From Macrostomum lignano (Eukaryota), in contig NIVC01001199.1 of assembly GCA_002269645.1 (NCBI GenBank), positions 1-64,000 of the forward strand: a DNA stretch of 64,000 nucleotides, written 5' to 3'. Numbering within the stretch: the first letter of the stretch is position 1; every line of letters starts with the position of its first letter. This document shows, one piece after another, positions 22,622 through 34,462 of the stretch. The notes beneath the pieces were generated by a model. That model saw nothing but the letters and a program-made list of their open reading frames with translations. It was not told the DNA's origin and did no database searches. The translations under genes and the position numbers were made by a program.

Positions 22622-25600
22622 ATGTTCGCTGTTATCGCTTGCGGCCGCCTCGTACAGACCGATTTCCAACAGGTGGACGCTAACAAGTTCACCCTGACTA
22701 TACCGGCTGCTGACAAGGTCAACCACTTGGTATTCTTTCTTACTGGCCAATGTCCACTGCCCGATGGAGCCGCCGCTGCCGTGTACCTCGGCTGGCCCCA
22801 GCCGCCGCCCAGCCCGCCGGAGCCTGTCTGGAGCTTCATCGGTCACCTGACCAACGAGAAGCCTAGCGCTATATTTAAAATCGCGCGCACCAGACCGCAG
22901 GATCACGATCCAAATCATCCGTTTCTAGCTAATCATTTTGCCACTGGCAGTTGGACTGATCTCACCTGTGTGCAGGTGCGCCTTATCGCCGATCGATGAT
23001 TTTACTGTATCTCAGCAGAATTTTAAAGAGTCTCTGAACCCCAGACCCCAGAGTTCCCCTCGCATTGAAAGTGTGAAAGTCACTTGAGAGTTGCCCTTAC
23101 AAAAGCTTTGAGACTCGTTTCCAGGTTTTATTTTAGCATTAAAAGACTGGACCGCATCATCGTGTTCCCCATAGTTCTCATATTTTGTGCTCCTAGTTAT
23201 TTTTAGACTCAATCACTAAGTTAGTTTAGGGTGGCCCTGAAAAGGGCCGTTTGACTTTCTAGTTTCCAGTCACCTTTTAATACACAACACACTGTTCTAC
23301 CCCCTCACCCATAGTCTCAGTTTTGAGTGGCCAATATCGCTAGATACAGGGAACTCGTAGATATGGGAAATATGAGTTCCCGTAACCATGTTCTGTCTCT
23401 GCGGCTCTGCCTAAAAAACCTTCGTATCCGTCACTTTACGTAGCCGTATTCTTAGCTACGGTATGACTCTAGTTAAGCCGAGTTGGCGCCGGTTAGTACC
23501 AGGGCTGAAATAGGTTGGGTACCTAGTTTTAACCCTAGCATTATTGCAGCCACACCCGCCCTATGTGACCGCTTTGTGTATGCAGAGTCAGGCTTGTTTG
23601 GGGAGAAAGAAATCATATTTTTAATAGCAGCACTACAATTGATATAGATCGCAGTATTAACAGGACTTATCTTCGTTATGTATCATTTCGTTTAAGAGTT
23701 TTATTTAAGGTCAAATTTTCGCAACTTGAACTACATCTTGAACAATGTGAACTTTCAAGCTTGCAAAAATGACCCACAGCAAGAAGGCAAGCAGCAGTTA
23801 TTCTCTGAGCAAAGCAAGTAGGCACACGCTCTCACAGTGTACAGCGGCCTTGTGACTTTCTCATTCTTTGGCATGTGCACTCTCTGTGCGCCTTCGCCTC
23901 AGTGGAATGTGACCACTCGATAGTAACAACAACAACACCAGTAAAAAAACGATGACAACATAAATAACAACAACTGCAACAACTGCAACAACAGCACCAG
24001 TAATAATAACAACAACGATAACACAAATAGCAGCAACAACAAAACCAACAACAACAACACCAGTAATAAAAACAACAACGATATCACAAATAGCAGCAAC
24101 AACAAAACCAACAACAACAACACCAGTAATAAAAACAACAACGATAACACAAATAGCAGCAACAACAACAACAACACCAGTCCAAAGTCAGCCTCTACGC
24201 CGACGACAGCGCCATCCTCGCCACGGCGCCCAGTCTGAAGGACTGCGAAGCCATCCTCCAGCCTGCGAACGAGGCTCTGGCCACCTGGTGCGAGAACTGG
24301 CACATGGAGCTCAGTACCAGCAAATGCAGCTACACCACCTTCTCCTTGAGCCCAAGCGAGACGCGAGGCAAGATCCCGCTCCAGCTGACTCTCAAAGGCG
24401 AACCTCTGCAAAGCGACCCTAACCCGACCTTCCTCGGCATCAAACTGGACGACCAGCTCACCTTCACCAAGCACGCTAAAGAAGTCTGCAGACGCATGGC
24501 GGCCCGACGTCGCCCTCTCCAAGCGATCGCACACCGGTCAAGTGGCGCCACGCAGGACATCCTCCGCACGGTGTACACCGCCACCATCCGCGCCATCGCT
24601 GACTATGGCAGCGGCATCTGGATGTGCGGATCAGCACCCAGCACCCGACTAGCAGTCGAACGCCAACAAAATGCCTGCGCTCGCCTCATCACTGGATGTA
24701 TCCGCCCCACCGAGGCCAAGGAACTGCTATCTACCGCCGGACTCCCACCTATCAGCTACGTCGCTGTCGAACGCGCGTGCAATCTCCGAGAACGCCTCCT
24801 GCGCCTCCCGGAGGGCACCCCGGCTCGCGAAACTGCCGAACGTGTCACACGACCACGCCTCAAGAACCGCAGTTACGAAGCCCTGCAGCGCCAAACCCGC
24901 AACAGCCCGGATGCCACGCCCGCCGTCAACCAACCTGGATGCCAGAAAGACGCCCTCCGACCGCACCGTGGCTGCTGGCGCCGCGCCGCCCTCGAGCTTG
25001 AGTGCGCCGCCGCGCTGGACCAGTTCCCACGCGCCCCGCCGCCTCTCGGCGTTGAGCCCTGGAGAACCACCGGCGCCAGCGACATCATCTTCGACCTTCG
25101 AGCCAGCCTCAGGACCCACCGCGACATGCCGCCAGACATCAGAGCCCACCACGCGACCGACATCATCGCGACTCTCAGCGAGTCCAACACGATCTGGACC
25201 GACGGTTCCGTGACGGAAGGCTACAAGAATGGTGGCGGGGCCGCTATCATTGTGCGCGACGAGAACAACAACGTCGAACTTCCGGCCGCCGCAGGCGCCC
25301 TCTGCAGCAGTTACACCGCCGAACTCGTTGCCATCCAGGAGGCGCTCAAATACCTGCAAGCTGACCGCGCCGCCGAGCCGCACTGGATCGCCACCGACAG
25401 CCTCAGCGCCCTCACCGCCCTGCTCGCCGGTCCCATCGACCAGACCGATCCGACCGCAGCAGCTTGCTGGGACTCGATCATGAGCCTGAAGGCCGACGGC
25501 CGCCCCCCCTCCTTCGCCTGGGTCCCCGCACATTGCGGAATCGCCGGCAACGAGGCGGCGGATCAGGCGGCTTCCCGTGCCGCCCAACTAGACCAACGCC

Positions 25601-26618
25601 ACGTCGAGCTCCCACTCAGCACCGCCAAAGCCGCCGCCCGGCGCAGCCGCAGGTCCCTCGATCTTGCGGTCGTGGGCGCCTTTAAGCAGCCACCCGCCAC
25701 CATGACCCGGCAGCGCCAAGTCCTCCTCAATCAGCTGCGAGCCGGAGCCAGCACCATCAACAACAGCTCGCTCCATCAGATGGGCCTCACCGAGACAGCC
25801 AACTGCCCTGACTGCGGCGAACTCGACACAGTCAGGCACATCCTGCTCGCCTGCCCTCGCGGGGACCGCTACCGCGCCCTGCACGGCATCCGCGCGGCCG
25901 AGGACTTGTTGGAGTCCCCGACCGCCCTTTTCGGCCTCCTGCGTAGCATGGGGCGCATGCCCCCGTCCATTTCGGCTAACCCCGACCCGGACGAGCCCTG
26001 AAGACGAAGAAGAAGAAGAAACAACACCAGTAATAAAAAGAACAACGATATCACAAATAGCAGCAACAACAACAACTGCAATAACACCAGTAATAAAAAC
26101 AACAACAATAAAGACAACAGCAGCAAAACACGCTGTTTGGGTCTTCTGAAAGCTGCGTCTCAGGGCGCGCCTCCGGACCAGGTCTGCCGGTATGCTGCGG
26201 CTATGATGCAGTCTACCAGCTGCAGTCGCCTTAGATCTTGCTATTGAAACCTCACTATTTCGCACAACTATATAATTTAGCAATGGCAGAAATAATCCTT
26301 TGCTAAGACCCCTAGTATCATTAGTAACAGTTTTTGAATAATATTAAATACAATATCAATTTGCAGGTAGGCATCTCCATAGAGCCGGTGCAAACGGTAG
26401 CAGGCATGACTCCGCCAGCGGGCACTCAGGCCGACTCCACGCCAACTATGGTAGCCTTCTCGCAGCGTATGCTAGAGAGCCTCGTGAACTATTTGAGCAG
26501 TTTTGCTACAACTCCGCCTGGCGCTGCTGAGTCCTACGTGCCAATGTCGGCCGTGACCAGGTGGTATGAAACTTTTGAACGGCGTCTGCGACAGTTTCCT
26601 GACTTTTGGAAGACTTAG
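22622..26618 (+). CDS. HIKESHI: Hikeshi / OPI10 (Hsp70 nuclear import carrier), 201 aa, 2 exons
   Basis: Exons 22622-22975 and 26367-26618 (GT-AG, phase 0). Motifs MFAVIACGRLVQT, NEKPSAIFKI, VGISIE and C-terminal WYETFERRLRQFPDFWKT. Confidence 0.93.
23229..23253 (-). other. Canonical histone-mRNA 3' stem-loop with no histone gene
   Basis: Minus strand CAAAC-GGCCCT-TTTC-AGGGCC-ACCC. Hand translation of the upstream frames shows no histone ORF. Confidence 0.7.
23925..24181. repeat. AAC-rich cryptic microsatellite, continuing at 26021-26130
   Basis: aacaacaacaccagtaataa-type units on both sides of the LINE. Confidence 0.9.
24182..26020 (+). mobile_element. 5'-truncated non-LTR retrotransposon with RNase H (I-group: I/Ingi/Nimb/Loa-like)
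   Basis: Uninterrupted frame 24184-26001: KVSLYADD (RT), FLGIKLD, RNase H (WTDGS, TAE, TDS, WVPAH, NEAAD), CPDC...H...C knuckle. (GAA)n tail. 11-bp TSD acaacaccagt at 24171-24181 and 26021-26031. Confidence 0.93.
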
Positions 26619-27439
26619 GGCTGCCTGTTAGGGGCTGTTAGTAACAAGTTAGATAGTTCGAGATAGAAGTTCAAAGCCAATCGTGGTTGGTGTTTAACAA
26701 TAGTAGATCTGCTCTGCGTTTGGGCTCTGCCGCAGGCGCAGGTTCTGCGTGGATCAAATCAGTAAATTAAATATAAATAGAATGAGTCCTTATGAAAATT
26801 TCTGCATATAAAAGAAAAAACATCTTAACTTACTACTGAACTACTGCAAGTAGATTGGACGCAAATGTGTGGGCTAAACGGTGTGGAGAAACAGGCTACT
26901 GGCTTTACGGGCGAAAATATTCTGCTATTTCTACTTTCAGTAGTTAAGTTTGTACGCAAATTCCTCAAGTCGTCTTGTCCCGTGTGCCCTTTTGGGCCTT
27001 TGTGGACTTTTTGAGTCAAGTTAAAATTGTTTCTATTTCCTGCTTATACAATGTGGTGCCCATTGATGTGCCACTAAGGATGACTTGAAACTTTAAAAAA
27101 ATTTCTTACATTTCATAAATCACTTTTGTGTGTTGAAATTTCTTACTTGACATTGCGGGTATTTATCATTGATTGTAAATTCGGAATTTGAAAGTGCATT
27201 AAAACTGACAAAAAATCAATTCGTTTGTATTATATAGAACGTTGTTTTGTCCGCAGAGATTCTTTGACTTTATTTATTCGAAATCAAAGTCATTTTTATT
27301 AGAATATGGGCTTGAATGTTTTAGAGTCATTGAAGTCTGAATTGGGTATTAAAAATTGGACAGTTCTTAGAATACTAGTATTATAGTCTGGATTGGGACT
27401 TCTAAATTATCTAGCTTTAAATAATTATTAGGGATTACT

Positions 27440-27580
27440 AATACTTTAGTCTGGATTGGGAAATATCTAAGTTGTCCAGCTACTGGATTGGGAAATATCT
27501 AAGTTGTCCAGCTACTGGATTGGGAAATATCTAAGTTGTCTAGCTCTAGGATTACTAATGGTTAAGTCTGGATTGGGAAC
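27440..27580. repeat. 32-bp tandem repeat ctggattgggaaatatctaagttgtccagcta
   Basis: Three good copies plus fragments upstream of PDHA1. Confidence 0.8.
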
Positions 27581-27710
27581 ATTTTCATCCACACTAGTGA
27601 TCTCAAATTATCATTTCCGCTTGTCTCTGCCGCCAATTGCAGCCAATTTTCGTATAGAGCCCCTTAGCAACAAAAGAATATATTATATATAAAACAATTT
27701 ATACTACAAG

Positions 27711-30700
27711 ATGCCTCTCAGCTCAAGTGCGATTCGCGCTAATCTACTGCTGCTACGCGGCGGCGGCGGCCTGTTTGTAAGCAGCCGGTTGGCCTCATCA
27801 GCTGTGCTGTCTACTCGGCCCTACAAGCTGCACAAACTGGAGTCTGGACCAGCCTCTGAGGCACAGGTGACCAGTGATGAAGCTAGGAAATATTATCGCG
27901 ATATGGCCACAGTTCGCCGGATGGAAACTGCCGCCGGCAACCTCTACAAAGAGAAGGCTATTAGAGGCTTCTGTCATCTGTACAGCGGCCAGGAGGCCTG
28001 CTGCGTTGGCATGGAAGCCGTGCTGGATAGGAACGACCCGGTGATCACGGCCTACAGGGCCCACGGTTGGACCTACACTCGCGGCGTGCCAGTTAAAGCT
28101 GTGCTTTCCGAACTGACTGGCCGGGCCAGCGGCTGCGCCAAGGGCAAGGGCGGCTCTATGCATATGTATAATCATAATTTCTACGGAGGCAATGGCATTG
28201 TTGGTGCTCAGGTGCGTCAGTGTGCTACCCTGATATCCGCCTTCCTCCGACTGATTCTATCCGCCCCTGACTGATTCTATCTGCCCCTGACTGATTCTAT
28301 CTGCCCCTGACTGATTCTATCCGCCCCTGACTGATTCTATCCGCCCTGACTGATTCTATCCGCCCCTGACTGATTCTATCCGCCCCTGACTGATTCTATC
28401 CGCCCCTGACTGATTCTATCCGCCCCTGACTGATTCTATCCGCCCCTGACTGATTCTATCCGCCCCTGACTGATTCTATCCGCCCCTGACTGATTCTATC
28501 CGCCCCTGACTGATTCTATCCGCCCCTGACTGATTCTATCCGCCCCTGACTGATTCTATCCGCCCTGACTGATTCTATCCGCCCTGACTGATTCTATCCG
28601 CGCCCCTGACTGATTCTATCCGCCCCTGACTGATTCTATCCGCGCCCCTGACTGATTCTATCCGCCCCCGACTGATTCTATCCGCCCCTGACTGATTCTA
28701 TCCGCCCCTGACTGATTCTATCCGCCCTGACTGATTCTATCCGCCCCTGACTGATTCTATCCGCCCCTGACTGATTCTATCCGCCCCTGACTGATTCTAT
28801 CCGCGCCGCTGACTGATTCTATCCGCCCCTGACTGATTCTATCCGCCCCTGACTGATTCTATCCGCCCCTGAATGATTCTATCCGCCCCCGACTGATTCT
28901 ATCCGCGCCCCTGACTGATTCTATCCGCCCCTGACTGATTCTATCCGCCCCTGAATGATTCTATCCGCCCCCGGCTGACTCTATCCGCCCCTGACTGATT
29001 CTATCCGCCCCTGACTGATTCTATCCGCCCCTGACTGATTCTATCCGCCCTGACTGATTCTATCCGCCCCTGACTGATTCTATCCGCCCCTGACTGATTC
29101 TATCCGCCCCTGACTGATTCTATCCGCGCCGCTGACTGATTCTATCCGCCCCTGACTGATTCTATCCGCCCCTGACTGATTCTATCCGCCCCTGAATGAT
29201 TCTATCCGCCCCCGACTGATTCTATCCGCGCCCCTGACTGATTCTATCCGCCCCTGACTGATTCTATCCGCCCCTGAATGATTCTATCCGCCCCCGGCTG
29301 ACTCTATCCGCCCCTGACTGATTCTATCCGCCCCCGGCTGACTCTATCCGCCCCTGACTGATTCTATCCGCCCCTGAATGATTCTATCCGCCCCCGACTG
29401 ATTCTATCCGTTCCTGACTGATTCTATCCGCCCCCGACTGATTCTATCCGCCCCCGACTGATTCTATCCGCCCCCGGCTGACTCTATCCGCCCCTGACTG
29501 ATTCTATCCGCCCCTGACTGATTCTATCCGCCCCCGACTGATTCTATCCGCCCCCGGCTGACTCTATCCGCCCCAATCTGCATCTGTCCCCGCCTATCCC
29601 AAGATTCTATCCCCCCTCCCCCTTCATCAAACCGCACAGGTGCCGCTGGGCGCAGGCATCGCATTTGCGCAGAAGTACCGCGAGGATAAGCGCGTATGCG
29701 TCACCCTCTACGGCGACGGAGCCGCCAATCAGGGCCAGGTGTTCGAAGCTTTCAACATGGCCAAACTGTGGGACCTGCCGTGCATCTTCGTGTGCGAAAA
29801 CAACAAATACGGCATGGGCACTGCGGTTGAACGGGCTGCCGCTTCCACCGCCTATTACACTAGGGGCGATTACATCCCCGGCCTGTGGGTGGACGCTATG
29901 GACGTCATTACTGTTCGGGAGGCCACCCGGTTCGCCAAGGACTGGTGCCTGTCCGGCAAGGGACCGATTCTGCTGGAGATGGAGACTTACAGGTGCTCCT
30001 ACTGTTGTTGATGATCTATTCTGTTTTAATTTTAGTACAATGCCAATGTGCCATTAATCCTACTGACAACCTCCCATAAATCCCATTAAGAATCTCAATT
30101 CTATCAAGAATCTCCCATGAATCCCATTAGGAGACTCCATTAATCCCATTAAGAATCTCCTATTAAACCCATTAAAAATCTCCCAATAATCCCATTAGGA
30201 ATCTCCTATTAGTCCCACCAAGAATTTCCCATTAAACCCACCAAGAATCTTCCATAAATCCCATTAAGAATCTCCTATAAATCCCATTAAGAATCTCCTA
30301 TAAATACCATTACGAATCTTCAGTAAAGCCCATTACAAATCTCCCATAAAGCCCATTACAAATCTTCCATAAAGCCCATTACAAATCTCCCTTAAATCCC
30401 ATTAAGAATATCCCATAAATCCCATAAAGAATCTCTCATTAATCCCATCAAGAATCTCCCATAAATCGCATTGAGAGTCTCCCATTGATCGCACTAAGAA
30501 CCTCTCATTAATCCCATTTTGCCCCGCCCCATCACTCGCAGATACCACGGACACAGCATGAGCGACCCCGGCACCAGCTATCGCACCCGAGAGGAAGTGC
30601 AGTCCATGCGCCAAATGCGCGATCCCATAGCCAGCTTTAGGCAGACTCTACTCACCGCCGAGTTGGTAGCCGAGGAGGAGCTCAAAGAGATTGACCAATC

Positions 30701-30857
30701 AGTGCGCAAAGAAGTTGACGAAGCTGTCCAAGCCGCGAAAACTAATGCCGTGCCCGACCCGAAGGAGCTGTACACCAATGTGTACAGTCAGCCGCCCAGC
30801 GGCCAGCCCAACTATCGGATTAGAGGCATCGATCAGTTCACCTGGAGTGCTAATTAA
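27711..30857 (+). CDS. PDHA1: Pyruvate dehydrogenase E1 alpha subunit, mitochondrial, 389 aa, 3 exons
   Basis: Exons 27711-28211, 29640-29992, 30542-30857. Transit-peptide-like N-terminus, [31 protein letters not shown] (TPP binding), [14 protein letters not shown]. Confidence 0.97.
28247..29610. repeat. 19-22-bp minisatellite ctgactgattctatccgccc filling PDHA1 intron 1
   Basis: About 65 copies covering roughly 95% of the intron. Confidence 0.97.
30065..30510. repeat. Degenerate ~21-bp array aatctcccataaatcccatta in PDHA1 intron 2
   Basis: Visible periodicity. Confidence 0.85.
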
Positions 30858-31009
30858 ACATATTTGATATATTGGACTAATTGAACTTCGGTGCAAGAGC
30901 CGATAGTTATATACAATTTGTAACTGGGTACTCCGTGATGCTACAGGTTGCTTATGTTTGTTTTATGTGATCTGCAAATTAATTCATCTTATTGTATTAG
31001 TTAGTTAGG

Positions 31010-32300
31010 AATCCTTCAGTGACCTCTGTTGACCCCTCCCCTGCGATCCTTCAGTGACCCCTATCCTGTGATCCTTCAGTGACCCCTCCCTTGCGATCCT
31101 TCAGTGACCCCTCCCCTGCGATCCTTCAGTGACCCCTCCCCTGTGATCCTTCAGGGACCCCTTCCCTGTGATCCTTCAGTGACCCCTCCCCTGTGATCCT
31201 TCAGTGACCCCTCCCCTGTGATCCTTCAGTGACCCCTCCCTTGTGATCCTTCCCTGTGATCCTTCAGTGACCCCTCCCTTGTGATCCTTCCCTGTGATCC
31301 TTCAGTGACCCCTCCCTTGTGATCCTTCAGTGACCCCTCCCTTGCGATCCTTCAGTGACCCCTCCCCTGTGATCCTTCAGTGACCCCTTCCCTGTGATCC
31401 TTCAGTGACCCCTCCCCTGTGATCCTTCAGTGACCCCTCCCTTGCGATCCTTCAGTGACCCCTCCCCTGCGATCCTTCAGTGACCCCTCCCCTGTGATCC
31501 TTCAGGGACCCTTTCCCTGTGATCCTTCAGTGACCCCTCCCCTGTGATCCTTCAGTGACCCCTCCCCTGTGATCCTTCAGTGACCCCTTCCCTGTGATCC
31601 TTCAGTGACCCCTCCCTTGTGATCCTTCCCTGTGATCCTTCAGTGACCCCTCCCCTGTGATCCTTCAGTGACCCCTTCCCTGTGATCCTTCAGTGACCCC
31701 TCCCCTGTGATCCTTCAGTGACCCCTTCCCTGTGATCCTTCAGTGACCCCTCCCTTGTGATCCTTCCCTGTGATCCTTCAGTGACCCCTCCCCTGTGATC
31801 CTTCAGTGACCCCTCCCTTGCGATCCTTCAGTGACCCCTCCCCTGTGATCCTTCAGTGACCCCTTCCCTGTGATCCTTCAGTGACCCCTCCCCTGTGATC
31901 CTTCAGTGACCCCTCCCTTGCGATCCTTCAGTGACCCCTCCCCTGCGATCCTTCAGTGACCCCTCCCCTGTGATCCTTCAGGGACCCTTTCCCTGTGATC
32001 CTTCAGTGACCCCTCCCCTGTGATCCTTCAGTGACCCCTCCCCTGTGATCCTTCAGTGACCCCTTCCCTGTGATCCTTCAGTGACCCCTCCCTTGTGATC
32101 CTTCCCTGTGATCCTTCAGTGACCCCTCCCCTGTGATCCTTCAGTGACCCCTCCCTTGTGATCCTTCCCTGTGATCCTTCAGTGACCCCTCCCCTGTGAT
32201 CCTTCAGTGACCCCTCCCCTGTGATCCTTCAGTGATCCCTTCTATCCCATCCCCTGTGATCCTTCAGTGACCCCTTCTATCCCATCCCCTGTGATCCTTC
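31010..32300. repeat. 25-bp minisatellite gtgatccttcagtgacccctcccct
   Basis: About 50 copies, with recurring variant patterns that suggest higher-order duplication. Confidence 0.97.
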
Positions 32301-33134
32301 TTTACTGTATTTAGTCCTTTTAAGTTGACTATTCCCCAAAACCAATACTATCTATACAATATCTGTCATATAAGCTTTCTGTACCATCACTTTTTTATTT
32401 CTAAATTTTAACTAATTTCTTTTTTGGGAAAAAGCACTCTGTAATGTCTAGTTTATAAAATAACAATTAGATAGAGAAACCGCCATATTTAGCGCTGTGT
32501 TGTAGTACTAGTTAATTTAATTAATTTTATAATTAGTTTTTGTCTAGATTTTTATAACTATTATAATACAGCTCAAGTTAACACATAGCAAACACCTCGA
32601 TTTTGTCAAGTTTTGCTCTCCGTTTCGCTTGACAATATTTCGCTATATCTACTTATAGTAAGTAGAACGAGCGTTTGGATTTGTTTAAATTAGCAAATGT
32701 TGAAACTGCGAGTACATTTCTGTCTTGTGCACCATTTTTTGTCGAACACAACTACTACTTGGAATGAGTAGGCGCTTAGGACATTGATGCTATTTTATAT
32801 TTTCAATAGCTATCTCAACTGGCACGATGGCACGCCGTTGTTTTTTCTTCTATTATTTTGGCTTTCCTTGGTAATAAATTCTAACTGTAGTGGGTCTTTG
32901 TTTAAATGCGAACTTACACAATTACCGTTAGCAAAATCAATTGAAATGCTACTTCATACTCTTAGAATAGATAGATTATAAAATACAAGTTTGAAATTAT
33001 AATAGTTTTCTTTAAAATAAATTTACATTTTTGTGTACTTTACTTTTAGAGGCTCTATCATATTTCTGCCTGGAAACTTGGTCACTAATTTTTATTTGTT
33101 TTCGATCGCTGTTTGCTCTTGGTGCTGTGGATGC

Positions 33135-33330
33135 TGGTCTGTGTGAATATTGATGTTGCCGTGAATGCTGGTATATGTGAATATTGATGTTGCCGTGAAT
33201 GCTGGTATATGTGAATATTGATGTTGCTGTGAATGCTGGTATATGTGAATATTGATGTTGCCGTGAATGCTGGTATATGTGAATATTTATGGTGCTGTGA
33301 ATGCTAGTATATGTGAATATTTATGGTGCT
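33135..33330. repeat. ~33-bp tandem repeat gtgaatgctggtatatgtgaatattgatgttgcc
   Basis: 5-6 copies upstream of TXNDC17. Confidence 0.9.
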
Positions 33331-33437
33331 GTGAGCATTCACATAGGAACTGTGTGAATGTGTTGCGATTAATAGACAATAGGATGTGTAACAGCCTAGC
33401 AACACTGCCGTTTTATGCGCATCCCACGCGCCGAGTC

Positions 33438-34462
33438 ATGGTCCGCGAGATCCTGGTGAAGTCACTGGACGAATACCAGTCTAACCTGGCCTCGCTCACT
33501 ACAGACGAGAAGGTGAGTCGCATCTTCACCCTGTTCATGGCTGCCACCGACCCCAACACGGGCGACAGCTGGTGCCCGGACTGCCGAGCAGCCGAGCCGC
33601 TCATCGAGGAGGCGCTGGGCCAGCTGGAAAACCGAGACGATGTCGTGTTCTTCATCGTTGAGGTTGGAAACCGGCAGGCCTGGTCCGATGGGGACAATGT
33701 ATTCAGGCACCTAGCTGACCAGTGCGTCACTGGCCTGCCCACTCTGGTTGAGGTCAAGACGGTGAGTCACCATCTCCGACCTCTTTATACTGGATTCCAT
33801 TCTCAAAGCCTCATCCACAAATCCCCATCCTCAAATCCCGTCTCTAAATCCCCATGCACAAATCCCCATCCTCAAATCCCCATTCTCGAATCCCCATTCA
33901 CAAATCCCCATATTGAACTCCCCAATTCCCAAATCCCCATCCTCAAATCCCCATTCTCGAATCCCCATTCACAAATACCCATACTAAAATCCCCATTCAC
34001 AAATCCCCATACTAAAATCCCCATTCCCAAACCCCCATTCCCAAATCCCCATCCACAAATCCCAATCCCCAAATCCTCATTCACAAATACCATACATAAG
34101 TCCCCGTCCCCAAATCCCATCCACAAATCCCAATTCACAAATCCCCATCCCCAAATCCCCTTCCTCAAATCCCAATTCACACATCCCCATCCCCAAATCC
34201 CCATTCCCAAATCCCCATCCACAAATCCCCTTCCTCAAATCCCCATCCACAAATCCCCATCCACAAATCCCAATCCCCAAATCCCCATTCACAAATACCA
34301 TGAACAAGTCCCCGTCCCCAAATCCCATCCACAAATCCCAATTCACAAATCCCCGTCTCTAAACGCCACTTCCCACTTTTTGGGTCCTATTTGCAGCAAG
34401 CCCGCCTCAATCAAACGGAGTGCCAGGAGAAGGACAAGGTGATGCAATTCTTTGCCTGCTGA
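33438..34462 (+). CDS. TXNDC17: Thioredoxin domain-containing protein 17 (TRP14), 129 aa, 2 exons
   Basis: Exons 33438-33761 and 34397-34462. G-x-SWCPDC active site, VEVGNR...W, and C-terminal RLNQTECQEKDKVMQFF that matches the family pattern. Confidence 0.9.
33795..34360. repeat. Degenerate caaatccccat-type array in the TXNDC17 intron
   Basis: Visible periodicity based on an 11-bp unit. Confidence 0.9.

Noticed and set aside
23899-26283. Antisense and alternative-frame ORFs over the LINE
   Set aside because: Shadow ORFs caused by high GC content and the AAC repeat.
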